From NCBI GenBank assembly GCA_977030845.1, contig OZ365110.1, forward strand, positions 50,592,001 to 50,656,000: 64,000 nt of DNA, read 5' to 3'. Position 1 is the first letter of the stretch, and each line of letters starts with the position of its first letter. Both the position numbers and the translations under genes were made by a program. This DNA comes from Fimbriosthenelais zetlandica (lineage: Eukaryota). The notes below the pieces were generated by a model, which was not told the origin of the DNA, made no database searches, and was given only the letters and a program-made list of their open reading frames with translations. Shown piece after piece: positions 52,041 to 64,000 of this stretch.

Positions 52041-54291
52041 TCAGTGGAAATCGTTACGTTAGGCAACAATTTCAGTGAAGAAGAACTTTTGTAGCTGAAA
52101 CTTTTGCAAAAAAAACATGCATAACCCATAAAATGTACTTTGCACGCTGATTATAATTCAGACAAATTAACATTGGAGGAGCCTAAAAATACAGATCATA
52201 GGCTAGCAATGCAGTAGGAGGAGATATTGAGAGGATAATATCTTGGCCATGTTTGGCTGCGGTATAAAGGGCATGGGCAAGGTAGGAGGGCTGCATATTC
52301 CAGTCATTCAGATGGAGGTATATATAGTGGCCCTCCGCTGGGATGGACCCCATTTGCAAATAAATGTCAGGGAGAAGGTCCAGTTCCTTGACCAGCCTAT
52401 ACATGAGAGAGGCGAGCCTCCAGAGTGTCCAGTGTCCGCCCATCATCATATAGATATAAGGCAAAAAAAGGTATCGTGTTTAGCCTCACTGTGTACGTCA
52501 CTTTAAACCTTTTTTTCCGCCAATTATGGGTCAAATTTAGGCTGAAATTACCGTACAGCTTTCAACGGGACAAACACAATGACTGAATTGACAAGCACAA
52601 TGACTGAATTAAAACTGTTTTGCATCGCAACCATTGTCAAGCAACGACAGGCAGGACATTATAAAATACGACATCAATACGAAAAAAGTACTCTGAAAAG
52701 AAACAATGAATAGAAATGTCCCTACTTAGTCTTTGAAGGAAATTGAATCATTGTGAAATAATATAAAATATTCAACGATTTTTTTGTAACATTTTAAATC
52801 AAATTATTTGTCAAAGGCTTGCTCGGGATGTATTCGTAGGATTTCCATGTTCAGGCGATTAAACATATCATTTAGCAGGTGCATAAAATCTGGTAGTCTA
52901 TATACCTTTCATGACTGCAGCACATAACGCAATAAACCCAGTTCAAAGAGGTCATACCGATTGAGACTACACAATTGGTCCAATTCCCACTATTGGAATT
53001 CTTTGTATATTGACCCGCATGTGTAACAGATGTGCTTTTATCGGAGCTGTGAAGCTGTTGGTCGTTGTATATAACAGTGGGCCGAGCATGCACCAATGTA
53101 GGTACATGTGCGTGTTTACATGTGTATATATGCATGTTTTGGGTGGGTATCAATAGAGTGAATCATAGGGTTATCTCTGGGGGTTTTGTGAAAGAGTTGC
53201 AGTTTTGGCAACTTTGGGTTACTGAGATAATGCATGCATGGTGAATATACGATTATTGACACTATATTATTCCTTATAACTTATCTAATGACAAACTATT
53301 AAAGATTGTATTTATTTGAACCATTGCAAAGAGCTTTTTTTCTCTTGTTTCTTCTTTTTTTTTTTTTTTTTTTTACAAAAGCGTCCTTGATTGTCATTGA
53401 ACTAAGTTTTTATAATTATTAATCTAAACTATTTTTATATTAATCTAAAAATGGCAAACTCTGTCATGAACACTGCCAAACTAGAAATCTGGTTGCAGGT
53501 CTCACATTAGGTCACCAATGCCAGCTTCATCCCCAACCATTCCCATGATTAAATCGACAGAAATATTTTCCCTATCAGAATTGTTATCCTTGAAAGCAAT
53601 GCTTTAACATTCAGAGTATACAAGCTCAAAAAATGGACATACACTCACTGAGCCATTGTACCATGCAATACAGAGAGCAGTTAGTAGGTCGTATGCTCGG
53701 TTATTGCCTTGTCCTATTTATGTATAAGTTAATGTATTGGCCTGATCGTTCTCAGCGATATATAATAGGTATACATACAACATCCGGCCTGTTCTCCAAA
53801 CAGAGTGGATGTTATTTATATTCATGATAATCGATTATTTAGCTCGAGCCCTGTCCAGAGGAAAAACAAGGGCAGCTTAGGGCTTGTGCTGTAAAAGCCT
53901 TTGACAGATAACTTGTTTTGCATCCATGCATAGCTTTGGGTTTATATACAATGTATATATTTGATTGGTTTGTTTGGGTTTACTGTAACAGCATAACCTG
54001 GATCATATGATTCAACTGAGGAAACACGCTGTTGGCAATGTTACTTCATTGGCAGCAATGGCTCTGTCACTGGGTTTATTCATGCACCTCATCACCGACA
54101 GTGCATGGGATACATGACTAGTCAGTTGAAGACAAGGCTAAGCTTCTATAATGAAGGGTGTGGCGGGGTGGCAATAAAACCCAGGACCTCAAATTTTCAA
54201 GTTGAAATTCTACTCATGAACTAACCCATTGAAAAAAGGGCAATTCAACAGGCTGCAGCATTGTTGTACAGCAATCTGCAAGGGCGATAGT

Positions 54292-54740
54292 CACCATCGT
54301 GTAATAATTGTGACCCTTCTGCAGCAATGGAAACATCAGTCATTTTAGAATGGTTCCACCAAAAAAATAAGAATTTTTTCCAATATTTTTTTTTTCATGA
54401 GAGATCCGTGAGTGTGTCTCAGATATGTACAACAGTGTTGGTAATAAATTATTGTAACCCTTAACATTTTGCAATGGAAACATCAGCTATTTTCAAATGG
54501 TTATACCATAGGAATAAGGATGTTTTCAATTGTATTTTTTTGGTACGAGAGAGTTACGGGTTGTCTCAGGGGTGGCGAGGCCTGTTGTACAGACATATTT
54601 GTAATTATAACCCTAATAATTCTGCGATGGAAATATCAGTTATATTAGAATGGTTATAACATTAAAATACTTTCTACATTTCTTTTACGAGAGAGTTACG
54701 ATTGTATCCCAGAGATAGCGAGGCCTGCAGCTGTACAGCA
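54292..54740 (+). repeat. Degenerate tandem repeat, ~150-bp unit x3
   Basis: GC(A/G)ATGGAAA(C/T)ATCAG..AT.TT..AATGGTT at ~54325, ~54471 and ~54625, each followed by a T-rich run and GAGAG(T/A)T.CG. Confidence 0.85.
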
Positions 54741-55890
54741 TGAAATAAATGCCTGATGTAGTACTGTGTTGATTTGCACGTACATTGTTAATACCTATAT
54801 GGAGTGTAGGCCTACTCAGACGTACTTATCCCTCATCTACCGCGGCCATATTTCCTATACCATGCAACTGTTGCATTGTCCTTTGGCTGAGCATAGATTG
54901 AACATTTATCTATTATTCAAAGCAAGCAATTTGCCCGTCCCCACCAAGCTGCCTCCGGCTTGAGCCTCTCTTTTACAACCCCCCCCCCCCTGGTCCCCCA
55001 ACACCGCCCCATCAGCACCCATCCCCACCATGCCCTTTCTTCCATTTTACAGGCTTGATATTAAATAAAATGACGATGAATATTTTTCAGACTAAAATTT
55101 ATAATGGTTTACTGAAAAATAATTGTTGCTGTGTTAACTGCACTTCATTCTATACACGTTTGTGGTTGTTACATATATTTGTGTTCCTAGGACTTCATTT
55201 AGTACTGACATATCCTCTGATAGTATTTGAACAATTGTTTTCAATTGAACACTTTAACACTAACACTAAATTAACGCTAATAAATCATTGGTGGGATAAA
55301 AGGATTGTGAGTAAGGCCTTCTATTATATTTTTCAATATGTCATTTCAATCTTTCCATTTGGTTCATTTTCGAGGGTTCTGCAATACAACATCACAATAT
55401 GACTTGTGCCCTAAAACATAGATAACAACCTTTGTGTAGTATTATATGCCCATTGCATGTAGAATACAAGGATAATAATCGATGGTTCTCAGCCGGTGAC
55501 ATATTGCATATTTCCCGTCAATTATACACATGTTCCCTTCATCCGACAAATGAGATCAGCCCCGGGGGAGGGCGGTGGGGCAAGTCTTAATAGGCGTTTT
55601 TAATTGACGGGTAGACACTGACCAAACAAAGTCATGGACATCCTATATGAGACATCATGCTTTAGTCCATGTACGATCCCTATAGATAGGCAACTGGTGG
55701 GGGATCAGGGGGGGGGGGGGTGATTAAGGGGGCTCTAACCCTCCACATCGCACCTTTGAAAATTTCTAAAAAGCAATAAAAACACACCCAAAAAAGGGGA
55801 TTTTGGGGTGTTTTTAACACAGGAAATATTTTGTTTTGGGGTGTGGGTTGGGGGATGGGGCGGAATTAAGTGGGAGGAAGGGTTCCAAGG

Positions 55891-55961
55891 GTATATCTAG
55901 GGTTCTAAACCCTAATAGCTACAGATTTGACTTGGTGTTAAATCAAGAACCCTAGATATAC
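55891..55961. repeat. 71-bp fold-back with perfect 16-bp inverted repeats
   Basis: GTATATCTAGGGTTCT (55891-55906) and AGAACCCTAGATATAC (55946-55961), with an inner GATTTGAC/GTTAAATC stem. Confidence 0.9.
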
Positions 55962-56970
55962 AAGCCCCCCCCCCCCCCCCCCCTCTGAATTCGTCCGCGG
56001 GCTGGGTCGACCTCAGAAGGCCAGGGCACTACTAGCTAGCACTGGGCCACTTCCGGTGCCAACTGCGCATGTCCAAACACTTCATATATCATCAATATGC
56101 AGACATGCGCGCCCTGGGGGCTATTTATTCCCGATTAAAACTGTGTGAGGCGGTGACCCTATGGGAGACGAGGCATGGACGCCTGGTTATGAGGCTTGTG
56201 ATGGATAGGTCTAGATGTGACATTTACATAATATATATTCTTGATTATAATTTATAATTTTTGAATCCTGTACCATCAGTTTTAAATCGATAATGTTTTC
56301 TCTTTTCCTTTCCGAAGAAACCAAATTATTATTTATATGTACCAAATCATTACTGTGATAAAATATACATTATAGATTGGCAGGGGGATATGGTCTGGCA
56401 ATTCAATAGCAATTGTTTGTGCAGGAAATAAATATATATGTTTCCCAAATATATTGGTCAAATACCCTTTTATGTGAACACAACAAATTTAACATCTTCG
56501 TGTCATCACAAATCTTGTAATGTATTAAGCTTTTTACCTTTCCTTAAAGAGACTGTAGGCTATGCACACATTCAATGGAACACAAAACCTAACATGGGCC
56601 TAAACAAAGTTATGTGTAAACTTATTTCCAGTAAAAAGAAAAGAAAAAATCATGTCATGCTTGTTGCGAGTTCCACATACTGTTCACTTTGATATGTGAA
56701 CAATTGTAGCAATGCATGGGGTACAGTAACTGAGGGCCAGCAATGGTAAAGTTGTGATGGGCATATTCACGCGCATCGTATGGAGCCGGTATACCATCTA
56801 TTCTGTATAATACTCTGTCTATATTTAGACCATCTGTGCCTCAGCTTTATCTGCATACCCCAAGCGAGCAGAAGAGTTTTTCATTGCTTTCCTCGACCAT
56901 TCCACGCCCGACCATTCATCAAGCGATTCTTATGCCGTGGTCATATCAGGGGGCTATTTAACAAATCGTA

Positions 56971-57098
56971 CGAGGGCTCGATGAAGTTCCCTTGGATCTG
57001 TTCTTGGAAACACTCGGGGAAAACATAATTACTCTTTTGCATATATTCTACGAGCCCTCGCTGGACCTCTCGCTGCCAAGCGAGAAATTCAGCGAGGG
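56971..57098. repeat. Overlapping GC-rich inverted repeats / hairpin
   Basis: CCCTCGCTG-GACC-TCTCGCT-GCCA-AGCGAGA-AATT-CAGCGAGGG (57055-57098); CGAGGGCTCG (56971) is also complementary to CGAGCCCTCG (57051). Confidence 0.85.
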
Positions 57099-58799
57099 CA
57101 GGCCAGCGAAAGTGAGAATAGAGTCCAGTGAAGGCTTACAGAAGTTATGCAACAGGTGGAATACGACAACCCTTCCATGGTCATTAGGTGGAGGCAAATG
57201 AGGGGTCCCATCATGACATTGTCCTGTCCGTTTTTTTTTAATGATTTTTGCGATTACAAAGGTAATGATGTTGCAATAAAATGTATTCATTTAAATTTGA
57301 TATTTTCATTACAGTATATAGCTGTTGTCAGTCTAGTATGAAAGTCACAATGGAAATATTATGTACATGTAGCTTCAACGTGTTGTGTATTTGTCTTGTT
57401 GTTTTGCTATGGTGTGACGACACCATTATTGGCTTCTCCGACTGCAGTGCATACATATTCGATATGCACCACCACTGGCCACTGCTCTGAACGAATGGAA
57501 TAAAATGTTTACTGTCAATAGGAAATCCCAAGAGCCATTCATAATTTGTAGCTCTTTAATTGATTATAATGCCCGGTATCATAAAAAGGAAGAAATGTCA
57601 AAATAAAAACTCGTGCAGCAACAAAAAAGGTTGGGCACTGTTCATTTGAACAATACGGAGCTTGATAAAAAGGCATGAGACATTGCTTATTGTTCTAAGC
57701 TATGTTACTGTGCAGTTTTCAATGCGTCTGTATCAAATAGAAGCCTGCCTGACTTAAATGACAATATTCCAGTTGTTCTAATGAAACAGGCTTGTACGTT
57801 ATGGTAAATGAGAGTATGAGGTCTGTTTTACTGAGTATGGCTGAGTGGCGTTAAAACATTTGCTTCTGACCATTTTTGTGGCCACATAGTGAGATGATCA
57901 CTTTACTGAGTATGTCTTTAGGTGTTAGAACATTTGGTTCGGACCATTTAATGGATCACTTCAGTTAAGTGGGATTGGTAGTAGTACTCTACCGTCTATC
58001 CATTGTAATATTCATTTAATTTCTATAGTGATTTATGCAGGATATACAAAGTAATATTGCAGTTAAAATGTTGGAATTACCCTAGCACTGTGCTACTTGT
58101 TTATAAGTCACAACAAGTCTGTGCAGAATAATATTATACAAGAAATACTGCAGTTCAGAAATTGCTGTCGCAAAAATACTGTAATTAGAAATATATATAT
58201 ACATTTGTAAAGGATCGCAAATTAAATTTCTGAAAATTAAACAGCAGCAATACATTTCTCTACTGCATGACTATATTCAATGTGTAACACATTGACTGGG
58301 CATAGGGTGGGCTGGTGAGCCACTCTTCCTTATTGGTCTTTTTAGCAGCTCCCAGCCTTCTTTCGCTCGCTATTCCACACATGACCTTTAAAGCGAGGAA
58401 ATTGATTCCACAACTCTCTCGCCATAATTTGAGCTTGTGTATTTTCATCTTTTTTTCATCCTGATTAAAATTAGTAGCAGATTTATTAGCCGTGCGGTAG
58501 ATGATGGATGACAACTCAACCTGGCTGCTTATGAAACAAACAAATTATTTTTATTTTATTATTTTTCTTCACTTCTAACTTCACTTTTTCTTTATATCTC
58601 GGCTAGAATTTTCTGGCTACATTTCCTTTCATCGTATATGATGGAATATAGATTCAGTTTTAAATATAAAAAAAAGTAACATCTGCATTTATTCCTGGCT
58701 GGCAACATTTTTTTGACGTCTCTAATCAATGACTGATTTGAAAAACATTGAAGGATTGCAGATATGCAGTGGTGAGGTGAGAGCAGGCTGTGTTAAACA

Positions 58800-59000
58800 A
58801 ATACCACACTTGTGGCGTGGGGCAGGCAACATCAAAACACATGCGCCTAAAATTCAAATGCGTCAGTTTGGAATAAGTATTGAAATTTGCTCTAAAACGC
58901 GAGTCAACACATTGTATCCCCAATGGCAGATGAACAGTCGAAGCATTTGGATCAAAACATTTTGATATTTTGTTTCGGGTGTTAAATTTAAGGTATACTC
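58800..59000 (+). mobile_element. Partial degenerate copy of the 431-bp Harbinger-type MITE
   Basis: CAACAT..AAAC.CATGCG..T.AAATTCAAA and ATCAAAACATTT.GATATTTTG are shared with 30004-30434. Confidence 0.65.
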
Positions 59001-59099
59001 AAATGCAGTTTGGCACAGCATGTACATGTTTCACAGTGTATTGAATAATTCTTCTGTACTTTGTACACAAAAGTAATTCTCGCTCACTTTTCAGTAACT

Positions 59100-59420
59100 T
59101 TCGATCCAGATCATGGACCTTATTCAGCTATACTAATCATGCGAATGGCCTTGCAGTTCCATGCTGAAGTCAGCCACTCCAATGACATGGCTGAATGACT
59201 TCCACGATATGGCTGAACTGATGTCAAAGCAATAGGTCTTAGAGAGGCAATTGCCCCCAGTTTCAAGGACATATGCAAGCCCATATATATACAGTGGATG
59301 AGGACAATAATCAAACTGTTCCAACAGCCCATGAGGAGGGATACACGCACGCCTCCAGTTTGGGCCTGTCTTCAGGAAGCTGAGGCATCAATTCTGGCTG
59401 ACAATCCAGCGACACTTTCC
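59100..59420 (-). mobile_element. Decayed L2/CR1/Rex-type LINE reverse transcriptase fragment
   Basis: LRPIALTSV (classic YRPIALTS motif), preceded by GCWNSLII (cf. WKxSxI) and, in another frame, KTGPN (cf. KAxGPD). Confidence 0.55.
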
Positions 59421-59636
59421 ATATGTCAGGCGGACGCCCTGCGACGCCTCTCACTCTATGATGGACGAGACTTCACCAAACAAGTGTTGGGGATTTTCCA
59501 TGTCAAGGTGAAACCATCCAAACCAAGTCACCAAATCCGGACATCTTTTTTCCCCAAAAACCTGGTCTTCAAAATTGGCCAGATAACCGCCAATAAGACA
59601 AGGCCAGAAAACCCCAATTGTTAAGATTTATGGTGA

Positions 59637-59825
59637 CCACACATAAATCTTATTCTACAATCCGTCACCATCCGATCCCCGATTTCTAATGATATCCAAT
59701 GATTGAAATTGTTCCCTTACGTTGGTGTAACGGACTATTAAAATTAGAAGCATTGCATGCAAACAGAAATGTGGAATTTGACAGCTATAAGATGGACTCG
59801 GATAGAGAACCCGATAATTAAACAC
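59637..59825. mobile_element. 198-bp MITE family, degenerate copy
   Basis: CCACACATAAATCTTATTCTACAATCCGTCACCATCCGATCCC...GACAGCTAT...CGGATAGAGAA matches 63806 and 39533. Confidence 0.7.
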
Positions 59826-60323
59826 TCAATGACTTTGGGTCAAGGCCCTGTTATAATATGAGGGGCAAAATCACTTTTTGTATTTTGTGTCTATTATTTT
59901 TAGTTCAAAGGTTAGCATTACTTGGCTGGTGTGAGTGTGTACCACTCCCTGAAAACAGAAATGACCAGTGTCCCTCAAATCTTTGTAGACTGACTGATTT
60001 CGTTCAGAATAATAAAGTAAACAATAAGAAAGAATGAATGCAGTAAATGCATGTGTATGTGTGGGGCGGATCTCAGTTCTGGTATAGGATTAACATCAAT
60101 CTTCTCCCCCCACTCTCTCTGCCTTTACCTGTGTCAGCTGACTACCATCCACCATGACTGATGGTGGCGCCACACGCAGGCGTGGTCATGTACTATATAT
60201 ATATACCGCTAACATGGAACAAGGACCCAGTCCTAAAAGGTTATATAAACACTGAGAGGACTACTACCTCAAGTCTGGCATAGTACAGTATCAGTCTGCC
60301 ATCAGACTGGACTAATACCTAGC

Positions 60324-60388
60324 AAACGAATATTAGCCACAGACTTAGCATTGCTAATAGTCTAGGCTATTCCTTTTGAAACCAATTC
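60324..60388. mobile_element. 70-bp mini element, partial copy
   Basis: AAACGAATATTAGCCACAGACTTAGCATTGCTAATA...TTTTGAAAC. Confidence 0.7.
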
Positions 60389-62389
60389 ATCTGGCCCTGC
60401 CAAAAAGGTTTACAAATTTAAGAGGTGATAAACCAACTTGTAAACATAGGACAGAAAATACATTACTATTAAAAGAAATCATCCAAAAATCGATCTAGAT
60501 CTACGAGAGACTGATCTTATACATGCCACTGAGTCAAAAGCATGAATATTAATTCTGGATCAAGTGTATAAGCCTCCTCCTAAAAAACTCCCATAGGACT
60601 TTTTCATTCAACTTATCAGTAACTGTTGTGACTTCATATAAATAGTGTTTAGTAGGGTACAATGGTATAGTTCGGCAGTGGAATTCTGAAGTCGTAAGGG
60701 CATCCTTGGAATTTGTTTGACCTTGGCACCACATCTAAAGATTTAGATATTTGGTCAATAATCTATGTGCAGCGCTAGTGTCAAAGCCGCAAGGTAAAAA
60801 GTCCTAAAAGAGACTCTCAGTAGTCACAAGTCACTTGATTGAGAAGTTTTCCGCCTGATCATAGACCTGTTGGATCAGTTGCTTGGAAAGTATTTCAGGA
60901 TATATGACTTGGTGGTGACTGTAGCCTACAGACATGAGTGTCGGCAGTGACCGCCCTGTACATATATATTCCCAGGTTGCTGTATAATAGTCCCAGCCTA
61001 TAGTGAAAGAGACCAGTCTACCACATTAGACTTGGCATGCATAGAGAATTATAAAAAAAACTGTTCACACCCTGACTAACTGCTTGGCTTGAATAAGAAA
61101 AGAATCATGGGGTCACTACACAGTCTTGTGAGTATATAATATACTGTGGTTATTCATTTTTGCGGAACATTGGAGGTCCCGGCCTTATTGCGATAGTGGA
61201 TACACACTCGCAATAACCACTACAATTGCAAGTGTACCCAGCACTAATAATGCAACATGGCTATGGGTGGCATGCGGTTGTTATCAGGGGCGGATCCAGG
61301 ATTTATTTTTTTTTTAAAGGGGGAAGGGGCGCCCGGTTAGGGTTAGGGTCAAGTTAACCCTAAAACATCCGCGCCTGATTATCCCACATTTTCTGCGGTT
61401 GTTACAAGCGTGTCTTGTAAGAAGCACAACAAGCAGAAAATCGCGATAAGAAATTGCAGTGCCCCGCAAGGTGCAAAATGCAGTGGATCCAATCAACAGT
61501 ACTGGCACATCGGCTGGACCTACGATGGACAACTTTGCCACAAGGGCTGGTTGCAACACAAATCGCATCACTCGCAATGTTAGAAAACCCAGTGGAGTCA
61601 CCCCATCATGACTAGCCCCCCTCACACCTCCCCACGAGCCCAATCAATAAGTTTGTAGCCCAGTCAGGAAATCTTAGCAGCGCGTGACATGGATAGAAAA
61701 GGCTGGTCAGTAAGGATCGAGAGACCGAGAGGAAATGATATTATCGTTCCTCACCATTTTGAGTTTTCATGTGAATTGACTTTGACTTCAGTCAACAGTA
61801 TAAAAGTCATCAATACAAATATTATAATATGTTAAAATGACATTGAAACATATGGAAGATTGCTTTATATGTGATTTGAGGTAAACTTGTTGACTTTGTT
61901 TGTCAGTTTATGCTTAAATTATTTCCAACGCTGTATTCAGGTACGATACTATCACAGCTATGATGATCTTGCCTCTGACTGTGGCGAAACTGAGAGGCAT
62001 CTTAAAGAGCAATTGCTCTCATTCAATAGGTGTAGATCATTAATAGCTGAAAGCTTGTTTCCTAATCATGACAATATGACCTTTTATTGTAAAATTAATT
62101 ATTATACAAAACCGTTTAATTTCCTGAGGGCTAGAATAGGTAGGCCTTATAGTATAAGATTGCCATAACTGTATTTAATTTTCAATGGTACAATATTGTA
62201 TTGCTTGCAGTAAGATGTATGGAGCTGATTTCCTCATGATCTCACCGTATTCTGTGGTGGTATACGCTTTCTAACATATCTCAGCGGGGACAGTTATATT
62301 ACCGGGGAAATGGATCTAATACAAGGCGTGCAACTCCTCTTTACCAGTCTTATTCATGTGCACCATATCTCTTCTTTTTTTTCTATTTT

Positions 62390-62690
62390 GGAGTTGAGTG
62401 CCTTCTACCACCACTCCACCCACCCCCTGGCTCCCACTCCCCGTCCCCCATCTCCACCCCATGGTCCAAGCTCCACCCCCATCCCCACTACACCCCACAG
62501 CTCCAGCCCCACCCCACCCACCCCACACTCCCCATCCCACCTCCTCCAGCCCCACGCCCACTACACCCCACAGCTCCACCCCACTCCACCCCACACTCCC
62601 CATCCCCCCTCCCCAACCTCCACCACCACCCCTACTAAACCCCACAACTCCAGCCCCTAACCCCCACCCCACCCCTACTCCAGTATGGGA
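62390..62690. repeat. C-rich (CCCCA-like) low-complexity tract
   Basis: Dense CCCCA/CCAC units; G-runs on the minus strand; source of the Pro/His/Thr- and Gly-rich ORFs. Confidence 0.92.
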
Positions 62691-63805
62691 TTGAAGTATA
62701 TATTGGGGCCTTTCCTCATTCTGCTTTTATGCCTTCTCTCCCATCTGGCCTTCAGAGAGGACGGTGTAAGTCGGGGGTCCCTGGGGCCATTTTGTTGCCT
62801 CCACTTTCCATGTATCAATGGTGAGCCGTGCAGCCTGCCCCACAACAGCCATTGAGACGAAAGTCACATATACAAAGCTCCGACTTTCACTCTACTGATT
62901 ACTCATTGGATTCTCTCTCGGCTGGATTTTTCTCTAGAAAGTATTACTACTTTATTGGGGCCCGAACTGATAAGGAACTACTTATTTCCTCTTCTCCATA
63001 CCACAATACAACATCATCAGCCAAAGTTATTCATACATCATGAAAATTGTTAGTTTGAATTCGTACAGCAATTTTATAGCAGGAATTTCCAGTGTAGTCT
63101 AAGAGATGAATAAAAAATAGTTATGATGTGGACCCGTTTAAAAAACGAATTTGGCTATAATTAAAGTGAACAGATCCCAGTTATTGGAGTATGACTTTTT
63201 TGTTTCTTTTTTTGGGGGGTGAAGTACTTTCAAAACACTATTATATACTTATAAATTATTTTCGCTAAAAGTAATTTTAAGAATGTGATTCAAAAAAATT
63301 GAGGCTTTTTCAAGTCTTTTGGAACACTCTGGCAGCATATACTATTGACCCCTCATACAGGTTAAAATCAGTTCTGATCTGCTCCTTGTTTTGCTTTGCG
63401 TGATCATGATGATACTTGCCTTATATAAACAGAGGATCAATTCCTCATAAATGTTAACTTCTAATATTAACTTCTAAAATGAAAACGGAATTGGTCAGTA
63501 TATTATGTAGGTCGGGTTTCATAAATAGACTGCCTACTTGTCATGAATTATATTTCATAGGAAGCAGTGCTAAAACATGTTCGGGTTATATTTATGAACC
63601 TTTGTACGAGATACTTCGCAATAGACTGTTGGTGGGAAAGCCTTTTAATTTTACATTAGGGTTTCATTTGGCAAAGGTAGGATGAGCTCAGGAAGAATAG
63701 GTATCACGCAATGGGAGGGCTGCATGTGGGTACCGACATTGTAATGGACGCGGATCCACACTATACATCATTGTACCTACTGCATTGTATATCAACATTA
63801 TTGTC

Positions 63806-64000
63806 CCCACACACTAATCCGATTCTCCAATCTGTCGCCATCCGATCCCCCAATTCTATTGACATCTAACTTAAATTGTGTCAGTGGTTATACCTTTACC
63901 TAGGTGTTAAAATTACAAGCATTTGGTGTGAATAGAAATATTGTATAGGACAGCTATGTGATAGAGCCCAATATAATAGAGACTCAGATTAGTGTGTGGA
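63806..64000. mobile_element. 198-bp MITE family copy at the window edge
   Basis: CCCACACACTAATCCGATTCTCCAAT ... AATAGAGACTCAGATTAGTGTGTGG terminal inverted repeats. Confidence 0.85.

Noticed and set aside
61329-61345. GGTTAGGGTTAGGGT as an interstitial telomere
   Set aside because: Only two units; common inside invertebrate non-autonomous elements and expected occasionally by chance.

Overview
This is eukaryotic, animal-like genomic DNA (about 40% GC by eye) that is gene-poor and dense in repeats. The poly-C/G runs, (CT)n tracts, MITE-like elements and retroelement debris suggest an invertebrate; this is an inference and the species cannot be fixed. I found no intact host gene, rRNA, true tRNA, CRISPR array or prokaryotic operon. 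The long ORFs in the supplied track come from tandem or low-complexity repeats, or are fragments of decayed transposons. Well supported: (i) a 44-bp minisatellite family in five arrays, three of which share one flank, ending in a tRNA-like head in two (candidate SINE-borne minisatellite); (ii) at least five families of short inverted-repeat elements, two with TAA target-site duplications (PIF/Harbinger type); (iii) several local tandem repeats (15, 23, 44, 47, ~50 and ~150 bp units). Weakly supported, from motifs read by eye: remnants of Gypsy, DIRS/Ngaro, Penelope, L1/Tx1 and L2/CR1 elements, mostly on the minus strand, plus a 1.1-1.6 kb decayed minus-strand ORF of unknown family near 44.8-46.4 kb. 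I see no convincing new enzymatic system. The most interesting leads are the SINE-linked minisatellite, the unassigned decayed ORF and the 70-bp palindromic mini-element.
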